Positions 9,279 to 20,000 of a stretch of DNA of 64,000 nt are shown here, piece by piece (the stretch's first letter is position 1; every line of letters begins with the position of its first letter). A program made the position numbers and the translations under genes. The stretch is from an uncultured virus (IMG/VR IMGVR_UViG_3300017725_002980) (Duplodnaviria > Heunggongvirae > Uroviricota > Caudoviricetes): the IMG/VR virus record IMGVR_UViG_3300017725_002980. One strand, written 5' to 3'. The notes under the pieces were generated by a model. The model did not search any database. It had not been told where the DNA came from and saw only the letters and a list, made by a program, of their open reading frames with translations.

Positions 9279-11012
9279 ATGGCAGAAACATTAGTATCAC
9301 CTGGCGTATTAGCAAGAGAAAACGACCAGTCATTTATCACGCAGCAACCTGTTCAAGTAGGTGCTGCTATCGTTGGTCCTACAGTAAAAGGTCCTGTAGA
9401 AATTCCTACAATAGTAACCTCATACTCAGATTACCAAAATAGATTTGGTACTACATTTGATAGTGGTAGTGATGAATATTCATTCATGACTAACATCGCA
9501 GCATATAACTACTTCCAAAATGGAGGTAACACTATGTTAGTAACACGTGTAGTATCAGGTTCTTCAACTTGGGATTTTGCCCAAGCTGAAATCGCAGCTT
9601 CAGGAAGTGGTACTTCATTTACAATTGAAGCTATTGATAAAGGGATTATTTTTAACAACTCAGGATCTACAAACTTAATTACAGGAGGTTCAGGATCATT
9701 AGTATCAGGTTCAACTGATAATATTAGATGGGAAGTTGCTAATTCTTCTCAAGCAGATGGTAATTTTAATTTATTAGTAAGACAAGGTAATGATAATGAT
9801 AATAATAAGATCATTTTAGAATCTTGGACTAACTTATCATTAGATCCTAAAGCAGATAATTATATCGCTAAGATAATCGGTGATCAATACCAGACCTATA
9901 ATTCAACAGAAAATTATATTGAAATAACGGGTTCATATGCTAATGCTTCTAGATATATTAGAGTATCTACTGTAAATAAAAAGACCCCAGATTACTTTGA
10001 TAATGCAGGTAATGCTAAAAACGAATATACAGCATCTATGCCTCAAGTAGGTTCAGGTTCATATGCTGGTACATTTACAGGAGGTGTAGGTAGTGTAATT
10101 CCTACAGGTAGAACAATGAATCTATATGGTGATATTAATTCTACAGATACTCAAGGTTTAATTGGTTCTGATTATGATAATATGTTAAATTTATTATCAA
10201 ATCAAGATGACTATCAATTTAATCTACTAGTAACCCCAGGTTTGATCGATACAGCTCAAACTTCTCAAATGACTACTGCTCTAAACAATACTCAAATGAG
10301 AGGTGATAGTATTTACATTATGGATTTAGTTCCTTATGCTTCTACTATTACAGCAGCAAATACACAAGCTAATGCTAGAAACTCATCATATGGTGCTGCT
10401 TACTGGCCTTGGTTACAAACAATTGACCCAGACATGGGTGATCAAGTATTTGTACCAGCCTCAGCAATGATTCCAGGAGTTTATGCATTTAATGATAATG
10501 CTGCTGAACCTTGGTTTGCTCCAGCAGGTATTAATAGAGGTGGTTTAACTACAGTAATTCGTCCAGAAAGAAAATTATCTCAATCTAATAGAGATAGTTT
10601 ATACCAGAATAAAGTAAATCCAATTGCTTCATTCCCAGGTGTAGGAACAGTAGTATACGGACAAAAAACATTACAACGTCAAGCAAGTGCTTTAGATAGA
10701 GTAAATGTTAGAAGATTATTGATTCAATTAAAATCATATATTGGTCAAGTAGCTCAAACATTAGTATTTGAACAAAACACTGCTGCTACAAGAAATAACT
10801 TTTTATCAATTATAAATCCTTATTTAGAAACAGTAGTTCAAAGACAAGGTTTATTTGCGTTTAAAGTAGTAATGGATGATAGTAATAACACTCCGGATGT
10901 AATTGATAGAAACCAAATGATTGGTGCTATTTATTTACAACCAACAAAAACCGCAGAATTCATTATTCTAGACTTTAATGTATTACCAACGGGAGCAACA
11001 TTCCCTAGTTAA
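9279..11012 (+). CDS. Contractile tail sheath protein
   Basis: N-terminal SPGVLARE-D-S; C-terminal PWFAPAG, GQKTLQ, LDRVNVRRL, IYLQPTKTAEFI. Confidence 0.95.
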   Translation: MAETLVSPGVLARENDQSFITQQPVQVGAAIVGPTVKGPVEIPTIVTSYSDYQNRFGTTFDSGSDEYSFMTNIAAYNYFQNGGNTMLVTRVVSGSSTWDFAQAEIAASGSGTSFTIEAIDKGIIFNNSGSTNLITGGSGSLVSGSTDNIRWEVANSSQADGNFNLLVRQGNDNDNNKIILESWTNLSLDPKADNYIAKIIGDQYQTYNSTENYIEITGSYANASRYIRVSTVNKKTPDYFDNAGNAKNEYTASMPQVGSGSYAGTFTGGVGSVIPTGRTMNLYGDINSTDTQGLIGSDYDNMLNLLSNQDDYQFNLLVTPGLIDTAQTSQMTTALNNTQMRGDSIYIMDLVPYASTITAANTQANARNSSYGAAYWPWLQTIDPDMGDQVFVPASAMIPGVYAFNDNAAEPWFAPAGINRGGLTTVIRPERKLSQSNRDSLYQNKVNPIASFPGVGTVVYGQKTLQRQASALDRVNVRRLLIQLKSYIGQVAQTLVFEQNTAATRNNFLSIINPYLETVVQRQGLFAFKVVMDDSNNTPDVIDRNQMIGAIYLQPTKTAEFIILDFNVLPTGATFPS

Positions 11013-11057
11013 TAAATTTAAAATCTAAATATTTATAATAGAATAAAATAAACAACA

Positions 11058-11546
11058 ATGGCAGTATTAGATCCAAACGAAATATTCTTTACAGCATTTG
11101 AACCAAAACAACCCAATAGGTTCATTATGTATATGGATGGATTTCCTTCATTTATCGTAAAAGGTGTAAGTGCAGTAACCTTAAATCAAGGTAAAGTAGC
11201 TCTTAACCATATTAACGTTCAACGTTATGTTAAAGGTAAAACAGTATGGAATCCAATTACATTTACCTTATTTGACCCAATTACACCTTCAGGTGCTCAA
11301 GCAGTAATGGAGTGGGTACGTCTACACCATGAATCAGTTACTGGTAGAGATGGTTATTCAGATTTCTATAAGAAAGATCTAACATTTAATGTATTAGGTC
11401 CTGTAGGTGATGTAGTATCAGAATGGATTATTAAAGGAGCATTAATCGAAAGTGCTAATTTTGGAGACTATAGTTGGGACACAGTAGATGCTGCTGTACC
11501 ACTTACAATGGTAGTTCAACCAGATTATTGTATCTTAAACTTCTAA
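11058..11546 (+). CDS. Tail tube protein (T4 gp19-like)
   Basis: Follows sheath; EPKQPNRF, W-PITFTLFD, YKKDL, EWIIKGA. Confidence 0.85.
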   Translation: MAVLDPNEIFFTAFEPKQPNRFIMYMDGFPSFIVKGVSAVTLNQGKVALNHINVQRYVKGKTVWNPITFTLFDPITPSGAQAVMEWVRLHHESVTGRDGYSDFYKKDLTFNVLGPVGDVVSEWIIKGALIESANFGDYSWDTVDAAVPLTMVVQPDYCILNF

Positions 11547-11570
11547 GTAAAAAACAATATTTTTTTAAAG

Positions 11571-11599
11571 AGAGCTTGGCTTCGGTTAAGCTCTTTTTT
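11571..11599 (+). terminator. Intrinsic terminator after tail tube
   Basis: Stem agagcttggc / gttaagctct, C(UUCG)G tetraloop, followed by T run. Confidence 0.85.
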
Positions 11600-11643
11600 A
11601 TATTCATATTTATAACGGAATAAAGTTATTATAAATAAAAGAT

Positions 11644-12372
11644 ATGGAATTTAATCTCCCAACAGAAACAATTGAATTACCCTCAAAAGGTTTATTATAT
11701 CCCGAAGGGCATCCTCTTAAAACTGGTACTATTGAAATGAAATATATGACAGCTAAGGAAGAAGATATTCTTTCTAACCAATCATATATTCAAAAAGGAA
11801 CAGTTTTAGACAAACTATTACAATCTCTTATTGTTACTAAATTTGATTATAATGATTTACTTATTGGAGATAAAAATGGTTTAATGGTAGCTTCCCGTAT
11901 TTTAGGGTATGGTAAAGATTATACATTTAAGTATCAAGGTCAAGAACATACTGTAGATTTATCTTTAATAGAATCTAAACCCATAGCAGAAGTAGTTAAA
12001 CAAGCAACCTCTAATGAATTTGATTTTAAATTACCATCTTCAGGAGTTGATGTTACTTTTAAATTATTATCATCTAAAGATGAAAATGCTGTTGCTTCAG
12101 AATTAGAAGGACTAAAAAAATTATCCCCAAATTCCCCTCCCCCTGACTTATCTACTAGAATAAAACACTTTATAACCTCAGTAAATGGGGAACGAGACAA
12201 AAAAGCAATCCGCCAATTTGTAGATAATTATCTATTAGCTACAGATTCCCGTGCTCTTAGAAAATATTTATTAGAAATCACACCCGATGTAGATTTAACT
12301 TTTTTTCCCGAACAATCCGAAGAAAAAGTATCAATACCCATTGGACTCAAGTTTTTTTGGCCTGACTTCTAA
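11644..12372 (+). CDS. Tail assembly chaperone / baseplate hub assembly protein (gp26-like)
   Basis: IELPSKG, MTAKEEDIL motifs; located between tube and tape measure; ends FFWPD. Confidence 0.7.
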   Translation: MEFNLPTETIELPSKGLLYPEGHPLKTGTIEMKYMTAKEEDILSNQSYIQKGTVLDKLLQSLIVTKFDYNDLLIGDKNGLMVASRILGYGKDYTFKYQGQEHTVDLSLIESKPIAEVVKQATSNEFDFKLPSSGVDVTFKLLSSKDENAVASELEGLKKLSPNSPPPDLSTRIKHFITSVNGERDKKAIRQFVDNYLLATDSRALRKYLLEITPDVDLTFFPEQSEEKVSIPIGLKFFWPDF

Positions 12373-12637
12373 AACAGCACCAAAGTTTAGAAAAATCTTA
12401 TTTAAACAAATCCACGAAATAGTCTTCCATGGGAATGGAGGTTATTCTTGGTCTGAAGTATATAATATGCCTCGTTGGCTTAGATTATTTACTTTTAAAG
12501 AAATAGAGGATCATTTTAAAAAACAAAAAGAAGAATATGAAAAAGTTTCTTCTGGTGGTTCTTCTACAATGGTTGGTACTGATGGGAAAATAAACCCCCA
12601 AAACTTTTCTATACCAAATAAATCTTCTTACAAATAG
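12341..12637 (+). CDS. Probable frameshift extension of the tail assembly chaperone
   Basis: Overlaps the end of previous ORF in +1 frame across a T7 run (12352..12358); no good own start; YSWSEVYNMPRWLR motif. Confidence 0.6.
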   Translation: MDSSFFGLTSKTAPKFRKILFKQIHEIVFHGNGGYSWSEVYNMPRWLRLFTFKEIEDHFKKQKEEYEKVSSGGSSTMVGTDGKINPQNFSIPNKSSYK

Positions 12638-12677
12638 GTTGAAATATTCAATATTTATTGATATATAATATTATATT

Positions 12678-14645
12678 ATGGCTAGTAAAAGTAAACAAGA
12701 TTTAGAAAATCAAAAAGCATTTAACGCCGCTCTTAGAGAGCAGGCTAGATTAGAGCAAGAAATTTTAGATGTTGCGGAATTAAGAGGTGCTATTCAAGCT
12801 AACATTGCAGAAGCTAGTGGTCAAATTAACAAAGTTAGAAATGATGCTTTAAAATCTTCTCGCCAACTCCAATCTATTTCAGAACAATTACTTGCAGATG
12901 CCAGAGAAGAAAATATATTAGATGAAAAAGAATTAAACAAGTTAATCCAAAAAGCCGATTTTGCTAGACAGAATATAGCCGAAGATATTAAAAGTGGGGC
13001 TATACAGGAAGATAATTTAAAGAATTTTGAGCAAATTTTAGAATTCAGTAAAGAATTACTTGAAAATGCAGAAAAACGTCGTGATTTAGAAAAAGGCATT
13101 ACTGAAGCACAAGGTCTTTCTGGTGGTATAGCTGAAGGACTTCAAGGAATACTCGATAAACAAGGTGCTGGAAAACTAAGTAAATCTTTAGGTATAGATG
13201 ATGCTTTAAGTAAAAGTAAAGAATATACAAAAAATCTTCTTAAAGGTTCTGATAATCCTGCTAAAATGGCAGGCCAATTGGGTACCAAATTCAAATCAGT
13301 TATTAATTTAGTACAAAACCTAGGGAAAAATTTAATGAAATCCCTGGGTCCCGTCTTTTTAATTAGTGAATTAATTAATGGGATTATAAGAGCAGATGAA
13401 GAGACTACTAAATTAGGCAAATCTATGTCTATGACTAAGTCAGAATCTGCTGCCTTTAGATCTAACTTAGAAGCCGCTGCTAATGATAGTGGTAACATGG
13501 CAGTTACAGGTACTAAACTAGTAGAAAACTTTACTGCTTTAAATCAACAATTAGGTTTTATAAATAATTTTACTACTGATAGTTTAGTCACTATGACTAA
13601 GTTAACAGAACAAGTTAAATTAAGTAAAGAAGCAGCAGGTGGTTTAGTAACCCTCTCTGAAGCTAGAGGTACAAATGCTGAAAGGGATTACAAGGCAACT
13701 TTAGGAGCAAGTTATGAGCTCCAAAGACAATCAGGCATACAGCAAGATTTAAAAGGTATTATAGAAAAAGTAGCTAGTACTTCGGGTCAATTAAGAGCTA
13801 ATTTAGGAGCAAATACAGTTGAGATTGCTAAAGCTGTTACTCTAGCAGGTGAATTAGGAGGTGAACTTTCAGATGTTCAAACTATTTCAAAATCTATTTT
13901 AAATTTTGAAGATTCAATCGCTAAAGAATTAGAAGCTGAACTTTTAACAGGTAAAGAATTAAATTTAGAAAAAGCAAGACAAGCTGCTTTAACTGGAGAT
14001 ATAGTAGGTTTAGAAAGAGAAATTGCTGATCAATTAGGTACATTTACTGAATTTAGTAAAATGAATGTTATCCAACAGGAAGCAACAGCTGCTGCCTTTG
14101 GTTTATCTTCTGATAAATTATCTGATATGTTATTTAAACAACAGGTGATGGGTAGAAGTGCTAAAGAATTAAGAGCAGCTGGAGAAGACGACTTAGCTAG
14201 AATGTTAGAACAACAATCAGCATCCGATAAAATGGCTCAAACTGTTGAAAAACTTCAAGCAGTAATGACTAACTTAGGTACAGCATTTATGCCTGTAATA
14301 GAAGTTTTAGGTTTAGCTTTAAGTCTTGTAGGTCTTTTAGTAGGTGTAGTAACAGATTTATTAGCTTTATTCAAAGGTGATTTTGATTTCTCAGCTACTG
14401 TAGCTTCAGCAACCTCACTAGCAGATCAATTTACATCTTTTGGAAGTGGTAATAGTGGAGCCTCAGCTTCATCCGAAGGATCTAGACCCGGTCAATCCAA
14501 ATCAGGAAATTCATCAGGTGGTGGGTCAAGAACAGATGAATTACTAGAAAAATTATTAGCAAAAGATACTAACTTATATATGAATGATTCAAAACTAAAT
14601 GATGCAATGAATACTTCAAATGTAACATATGCTATGGGTTCTTAA
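12678..14645 (+). CDS. Tape measure protein
   Basis: 655 aa, Ala/Leu/Glu-rich helical protein downstream of chaperone; ELEAELLTGKELNLEKAR. Confidence 0.75.
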   Translation: MASKSKQDLENQKAFNAALREQARLEQEILDVAELRGAIQANIAEASGQINKVRNDALKSSRQLQSISEQLLADAREENILDEKELNKLIQKADFARQNIAEDIKSGAIQEDNLKNFEQILEFSKELLENAEKRRDLEKGITEAQGLSGGIAEGLQGILDKQGAGKLSKSLGIDDALSKSKEYTKNLLKGSDNPAKMAGQLGTKFKSVINLVQNLGKNLMKSLGPVFLISELINGIIRADEETTKLGKSMSMTKSESAAFRSNLEAAANDSGNMAVTGTKLVENFTALNQQLGFINNFTTDSLVTMTKLTEQVKLSKEAAGGLVTLSEARGTNAERDYKATLGASYELQRQSGIQQDLKGIIEKVASTSGQLRANLGANTVEIAKAVTLAGELGGELSDVQTISKSILNFEDSIAKELEAELLTGKELNLEKARQAALTGDIVGLEREIADQLGTFTEFSKMNVIQQEATAAAFGLSSDKLSDMLFKQQVMGRSAKELRAAGEDDLARMLEQQSASDKMAQTVEKLQAVMTNLGTAFMPVIEVLGLALSLVGLLVGVVTDLLALFKGDFDFSATVASATSLADQFTSFGSGNSGASASSEGSRPGQSKSGNSSGGGSRTDELLEKLLAKDTNLYMNDSKLNDAMNTSNVTYAMGS

Positions 14646-14684
14646 ATAAATTAAAATTACAATATTTATAATAAAATAATAATT

Positions 14685-14900
14685 ATGGGAATATTAGATA
14701 AATTAACACAAAACGGTTCAAACCTTACTCGATTCGATGGGTCAACTCCACCTGATATGAAAGGTGCTAGTCCCCAATCAACCCTTCAGGATACATATTC
14801 TATTAATGGGGTGCCAGATCATCCAGGTCAAGTCCCACCTTCTACATTAGATTTAGATGGGTTAACACCACCTAAATACTTGGATAACTTACCTAAGTAA
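14685..14900 (+). CDS. Small Pro-rich virion-module protein
   Basis: 71-aa ORF preceded by ATATTTATA motif. Confidence 0.6.
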   Translation: MGILDKLTQNGSNLTRFDGSTPPDMKGASPQSTLQDTYSINGVPDHPGQVPPSTLDLDGLTPPKYLDNLPK

Positions 14901-14903
14901 GAT

Positions 14904-16754
14904 ATGCCTTTAGTAACACCACAAAATGAACTAGCATTTCAAACTAGATTCAAAAACCTTCCTTATGGTTATGATAGACCAGGTAAGGGTGCCAATAATG
15001 GTACCTTAGGACAACCTTTTGTGGTAAAAGACCATACTAAAGTAAAAACTGAACAATTAAGAAAAACTGGAGGACCGGATTTTCTCGTGAGAGGTGGTTT
15101 ACTCGCCCCAGTCCGTTCAGTACAGGATGCCTCGCGTTTATTTCAATTATATACGCAAACTCCCGTTGGAACCTTTTTTACCCTTAAACAAAATTTATTA
15201 TCTCGTATTGGTACAGATATGGATGGAGGGTATACAACTTTTACAGCAGGTAATACTTTTTCTTCTTTATTAAAACCCTTAGGAGGTCCTTTAAATCAAG
15301 GTATTTATACCCCATTATCTACTTTAGGTCAAGCTTTAGTTAATGCTGGTGGAATCCATTTATTTAAACAAGGTATAAACCCACTTACAGGAGGTCCTAA
15401 ATATGAAACTATGATAGCACCTTTAGGTGCTGTTAATAAGGGTTTAGGTGCTGTTAGAGTTAATGAATTAGGTAGGGTTCAATTTAGTAATAACCGTTTA
15501 GTTAATTTATATCAAGGTAAAATAACATCTAAAAACGGTTCTAATGATACTGAACTTTTTACCTACAGTGGAGGCCCAGGTTCAGTTTTAGGTATAGGTG
15601 ATACTGTTATTAAAACCGCTTCTAAAAGAACTTTATTTAGTGGTATAGGTACTATAGGTGCTATACACTATTCTTCTTTTAACCCCAACCAAATCCAATC
15701 AGTTTCAGATAATAATAGAAATTTAGCTACTGAAGTAACCTATGTTGGTAGTGGGGGTTCAACATTAGTTCAAGACTTTAGAAAAGAATTATCAAATAAT
15801 ACTACAACCTCTTTTATCTCTGATTCCCCTAATTATCGTACTAAAAATATAGAACAACGATTAAACCAAGGTAATCCTGGAGCTCGTTTTGCTGATAGAA
15901 AAGATTATTCTCAAGGAAGACCTGATAATGAAAGAGGAATGGATCAAATCAATTCTCTTTATTTATACAAAAGTAGTGCAGTTACTACAGATAAACGTAA
16001 AAATGATATATGTAAATTTAGAATAGCTACTATTGATAATGATGATCCTTCACAAAAAGTATTTTCTCATTTTAGAGCTTATATCAATAATTTTACTGAT
16101 AGCATGAATGCTCAATGGAATAATTTTAAATATATAGGTAGAGGAGAAAATTTTTATAATTATCAAGGATACGAAAATAATATTTCAATGGGTTTTACAG
16201 TAGTAGCCCAATCCATACAGGAATTATCTATAATGTATCAAAAACTAAACTTTTTAAAATCTACATTAGCTCCTGATTATTCTACAGAAGGTTATATGAG
16301 AGGTAGTATTCACCAACTTACTTTAGGTGGTTATTTCTATGAAACCCCAGGTATAATTACTGCATTAACATACACAATTCCTAATGATACTCCTTGGGAA
16401 ATTGGAATTCCTTCAAACAGCAAAGATATTGAATCTGAAGGTGGTATTACTTTTAGAAACCCAGAAGTTAAAGAATTACCTCATAGAATAGATGTTTCTA
16501 TGGAGTTTAAGCCTATATTCAAATTCCTCCCAGAAAAAGTAAAAGATATAAATGGAGCTGGGAATATTAAACAAAGATTCATATCATTAGAGGATAATTT
16601 ATCAAACAATAGTTTATATGATACAACCCCATCTAATTTATTTAGAGCAGATGACCATTATATAGTAGAAGCAGAAGAAGCAACTGTTGTTCCTAGAAAA
16701 AATTTAACAAATACAACTCCTCCTATAATAAGACAAAACCAACTTCCAGAATAA
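14904..16754 (+). CDS. Putative baseplate/tail-tube initiator protein
   Basis: C-terminal FRAYI..FTDS..W....YIGRGE..Y.Y.G, LTLG, PWEI pattern; position between TMP and LysM gene. Confidence 0.55.
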   Translation: MPLVTPQNELAFQTRFKNLPYGYDRPGKGANNGTLGQPFVVKDHTKVKTEQLRKTGGPDFLVRGGLLAPVRSVQDASRLFQLYTQTPVGTFFTLKQNLLSRIGTDMDGGYTTFTAGNTFSSLLKPLGGPLNQGIYTPLSTLGQALVNAGGIHLFKQGINPLTGGPKYETMIAPLGAVNKGLGAVRVNELGRVQFSNNRLVNLYQGKITSKNGSNDTELFTYSGGPGSVLGIGDTVIKTASKRTLFSGIGTIGAIHYSSFNPNQIQSVSDNNRNLATEVTYVGSGGSTLVQDFRKELSNNTTTSFISDSPNYRTKNIEQRLNQGNPGARFADRKDYSQGRPDNERGMDQINSLYLYKSSAVTTDKRKNDICKFRIATIDNDDPSQKVFSHFRAYINNFTDSMNAQWNNFKYIGRGENFYNYQGYENNISMGFTVVAQSIQELSIMYQKLNFLKSTLAPDYSTEGYMRGSIHQLTLGGYFYETPGIITALTYTIPNDTPWEIGIPSNSKDIESEGGITFRNPEVKELPHRIDVSMEFKPIFKFLPEKVKDINGAGNIKQRFISLEDNLSNNSLYDTTPSNLFRADDHYIVEAEEATVVPRKNLTNTTPPIIRQNQLPE

Positions 16755-17054
16755 ATGAATCGTTATAGAAATATAAAAATAACTCGTGATTTAGAAGGTA
16801 CTAGGATGTATACAACAACCAAGTACCCTGAGATTCCTCGTACTGATAACGATATATATGTTATTACTACTGAGGGTGATAGATACGACGTGTTAGCATC
16901 TAATTATTTTAACGATTCTTCATTATGGTGGGTTATATCCTCAGCAAATGCTGAATACCCACAAAATTCAATTTCACCCCCAGTAGGAGTTCAAATAAGA
17001 ATTCCTGGTAATTTAGATTCAATATTATTAGCGTACAATAATTTAAATCAATAA
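16755..17054 (+). CDS. LysM-like baseplate protein (tail X / gp53-like)
   Basis: EGDRYDVLASNYFNDSSLWWVISSAN...QIRIP. Confidence 0.75.
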   Translation: MNRYRNIKITRDLEGTRMYTTTKYPEIPRTDNDIYVITTEGDRYDVLASNYFNDSSLWWVISSANAEYPQNSISPPVGVQIRIPGNLDSILLAYNNLNQ

Positions 17055-17059
17055 GTTTT

Positions 17060-20000
17060 ATGGATTCTAATATCATTGGAAAACCTCATTTAGAGTATGT
17101 TCAAGATCAAATAAAATTACGTCAAGAAATTTTAGGAAAAAAATCTAGAACTTCTTCGGATATAGCTTGGATGAACGGAAGAACTTCTTGGGTAAAACTT
17201 ACATCTGGAGTTGATATATCTGATCAAAATATAGCAGTATATAATACAGGTAGTAGCGAATGGGAGACTGTATCTAATGATGGGGCTGAATTTAGATCTA
17301 AACTTCTAGAAATCCCAGAATATAGTGGTAATGAATTATCATCCCAAATGGTACTCCAGGGTGGAGTTTTAAATGAAGATGGTTCTCAGAAATTTGGAGT
17401 CTCTGAAACTAATTCTTTATTACCTGATAATACCTCAAATTATGGTTTCGGTAAGTTTGGAGCCCAAGCTATGCCGGGTATTACATCATTTACTAGTGAG
17501 ACTACTAATAAAGGTAGTTTACGTTTTGCTAATCTTCAAATTAGAGCAAATAGTACTAAACAATTTGAATATATTGAATCTTTATATCTAAGATTAGGAT
17601 ATACAATGTTATTAGAATGGGGTAATTCATCATATCCTACAATAGATACAGAAACTTCTTCAACAGTATATGAAAAATCAAATTTTAGTTTATCTAGTAA
17701 ATTCTTAAACAATCCACCTCAAAATTCTCAAGGAACTCAATTTTTCTATACTGAAATAGAAAAAAACAGAAAATCATCTCAAGGTAACTATGATGGTTTT
17801 TTAGGTAAAGTTACAAATTTCTCTTGGGAATTTACTAAAGAGGGATATTATTTAATTTCTTTAAAGTTAATCACTATAGGTAGTGTAGTTGAAAGTTTAA
17901 AAGTAAATATAGTTCAAGACTCTGGACTTTTTACTAGAAACCAAAACTCATCTCAAAAAAAAGATCAAAAAGAAAATGTTTTATTAAATCTAATAAATCA
18001 ACTTGTTGATCCTCTTAGAGAGAATCTTGACACAAATCCTACATCATTTTCTCCATTCATTATCAACAACATCGCTGGTGCATTACCTGCTAATATGTTA
18101 TTTTCTTATTTTTTTGCTGAAACAGAAACTACTTATAGTTTTAAATCAACAAAAAGTGAACAAATAGTACTTAAATATTTTAAAGATGCTGGAGAGGATA
18201 GTATTACTGACCCCCAGATTGAAAAAGCATCAACAACAATAGATGCTTGTGCTGCTCTTTTTGGGTCTACCCACTTTGTAAAATATCTTAGATTTGGTAG
18301 TTTACTTAGTCTTTTGAATCAACAATTTCTCCTGTATGGTACTGATGAAGAAGGTGAACCCGTTCTTTTTAAATTAGATACATCTACTAACCAATATGGG
18401 TTTAGTAATAATAAAAGCATCTCTAGTGACCCTAGTAAATTAATAGTTAGGTATCAAGGAGATTATTTAGGTACTGAAATAGAAATTTTTAATGATGATC
18501 CTAATACTATTGAACAATTTCATGATATAGTAGAAAAAGTAGATGTATGTAACATCATGAATCTTTACTTTTCTCAAGAATTTATAGAAAGTGTAATTAA
18601 TTCAAGTCTTGATAGTGAAACTGGATCCTTAAACTTATATAAATTTATAAAATCCTTACTTAATGAAGCTAATATTTTATTAGGTGGAGTAAATAAATTT
18701 AATTTTAGATTAGTAGATAAAAATTTTGGGACTTATGAAGATCCCAAACTTATACAAGTAGTTGAATTTTATGATGAAGTTTCTCCTTTTGAAGTAGAAA
18801 ACCTGAGACAAGCCCAGGAAGAAGAGCCTTCTTTAGTAGTATATGGTTTTGGTGAAGAAACTAATGGTAATAAAGATGGTAGTTTTGTTACAGATTACCA
18901 ATTTAAAACAGAAATTACCAATAAATTAGGTAATATGATATCTGTAGGAGCTCAAGCTAATGGTCAAGCTGTAGGTGAAGATGCTACATTATTTAGTAAA
19001 TGGAATATTGGATTAGTAGATAGAATATTACCTCAAAAATTAGATGTTGATCAAAAAGTAAAAAAATCAGATGAAGTTACTACTGGATATTTAAGATTAA
19101 TTTCTTCCTATAGAGATTATTTTAATTCATTTAAAAACTCTTCAGATTTTGCTGTTAATACTGAGGAAGATAATAATGTTTTAGTAGGATTTTCATTTGT
19201 AGATTTTGTTGAAAATGCTATTGGATATGGTTTTCCTAATTGTAATATTACTCCATTAAATAGTACTTCTACCTCTCTTTCAGGATTTATAGAAACTCAA
19301 AAATCTTTCTTTCAAAAATATTATGCTTTAGAGGCAATAGGAAAAAAAGTCCCAACGCCTTTTATAGGCTTTGTCCCTGTTGGATTTAATTTAACTTTAG
19401 ATGGACTTTCTGGTATTAGAATATTTGATAGATTAAAAATAGATAGTAGATTTTTACCTGCCAATTATGGAGATACTTTAGATTTTATTATAACTAAATT
19501 AGATCATAGTATAGTAAATAATAAATGGCATACTAAAATAGGTACAATGTCTGTTCCTAAATTATTTGATAAATTAGAATTAGACTTAGAGACTATATTA
19601 AACTCATTACCCCCAGTAACAACTGGGTTTGATAGCTTAATAGGAAGTTATTCTTACAGATATAGTGCTTTAGCTACTTTACTTAGAAGAACTTTAACTT
19701 ATGCCCAAGACAAACAAAAAATTTTTTCAACAAATGGTAATTTAAACCAACCCGATTTCCTTCGCACCCAAGGAAATGATGCTACAGGTAGAAGTTTCCA
19801 ACGATCTCCATTAGTATCCATAGCTAATGTAACTGGGTTACCAAATGGTAGCATACAGAAACAACCTACATTTGCCCTTCAAGAGTTTGCTAAAAGTGGA
19901 ACATCTTTTAATATTCTACCTACTTCTAAAACTTCCGCCTTTGATTTTAAAATTCAAGAAACTAATAAAACTTATTATGAAGGTAATTATTATTTAGCAG

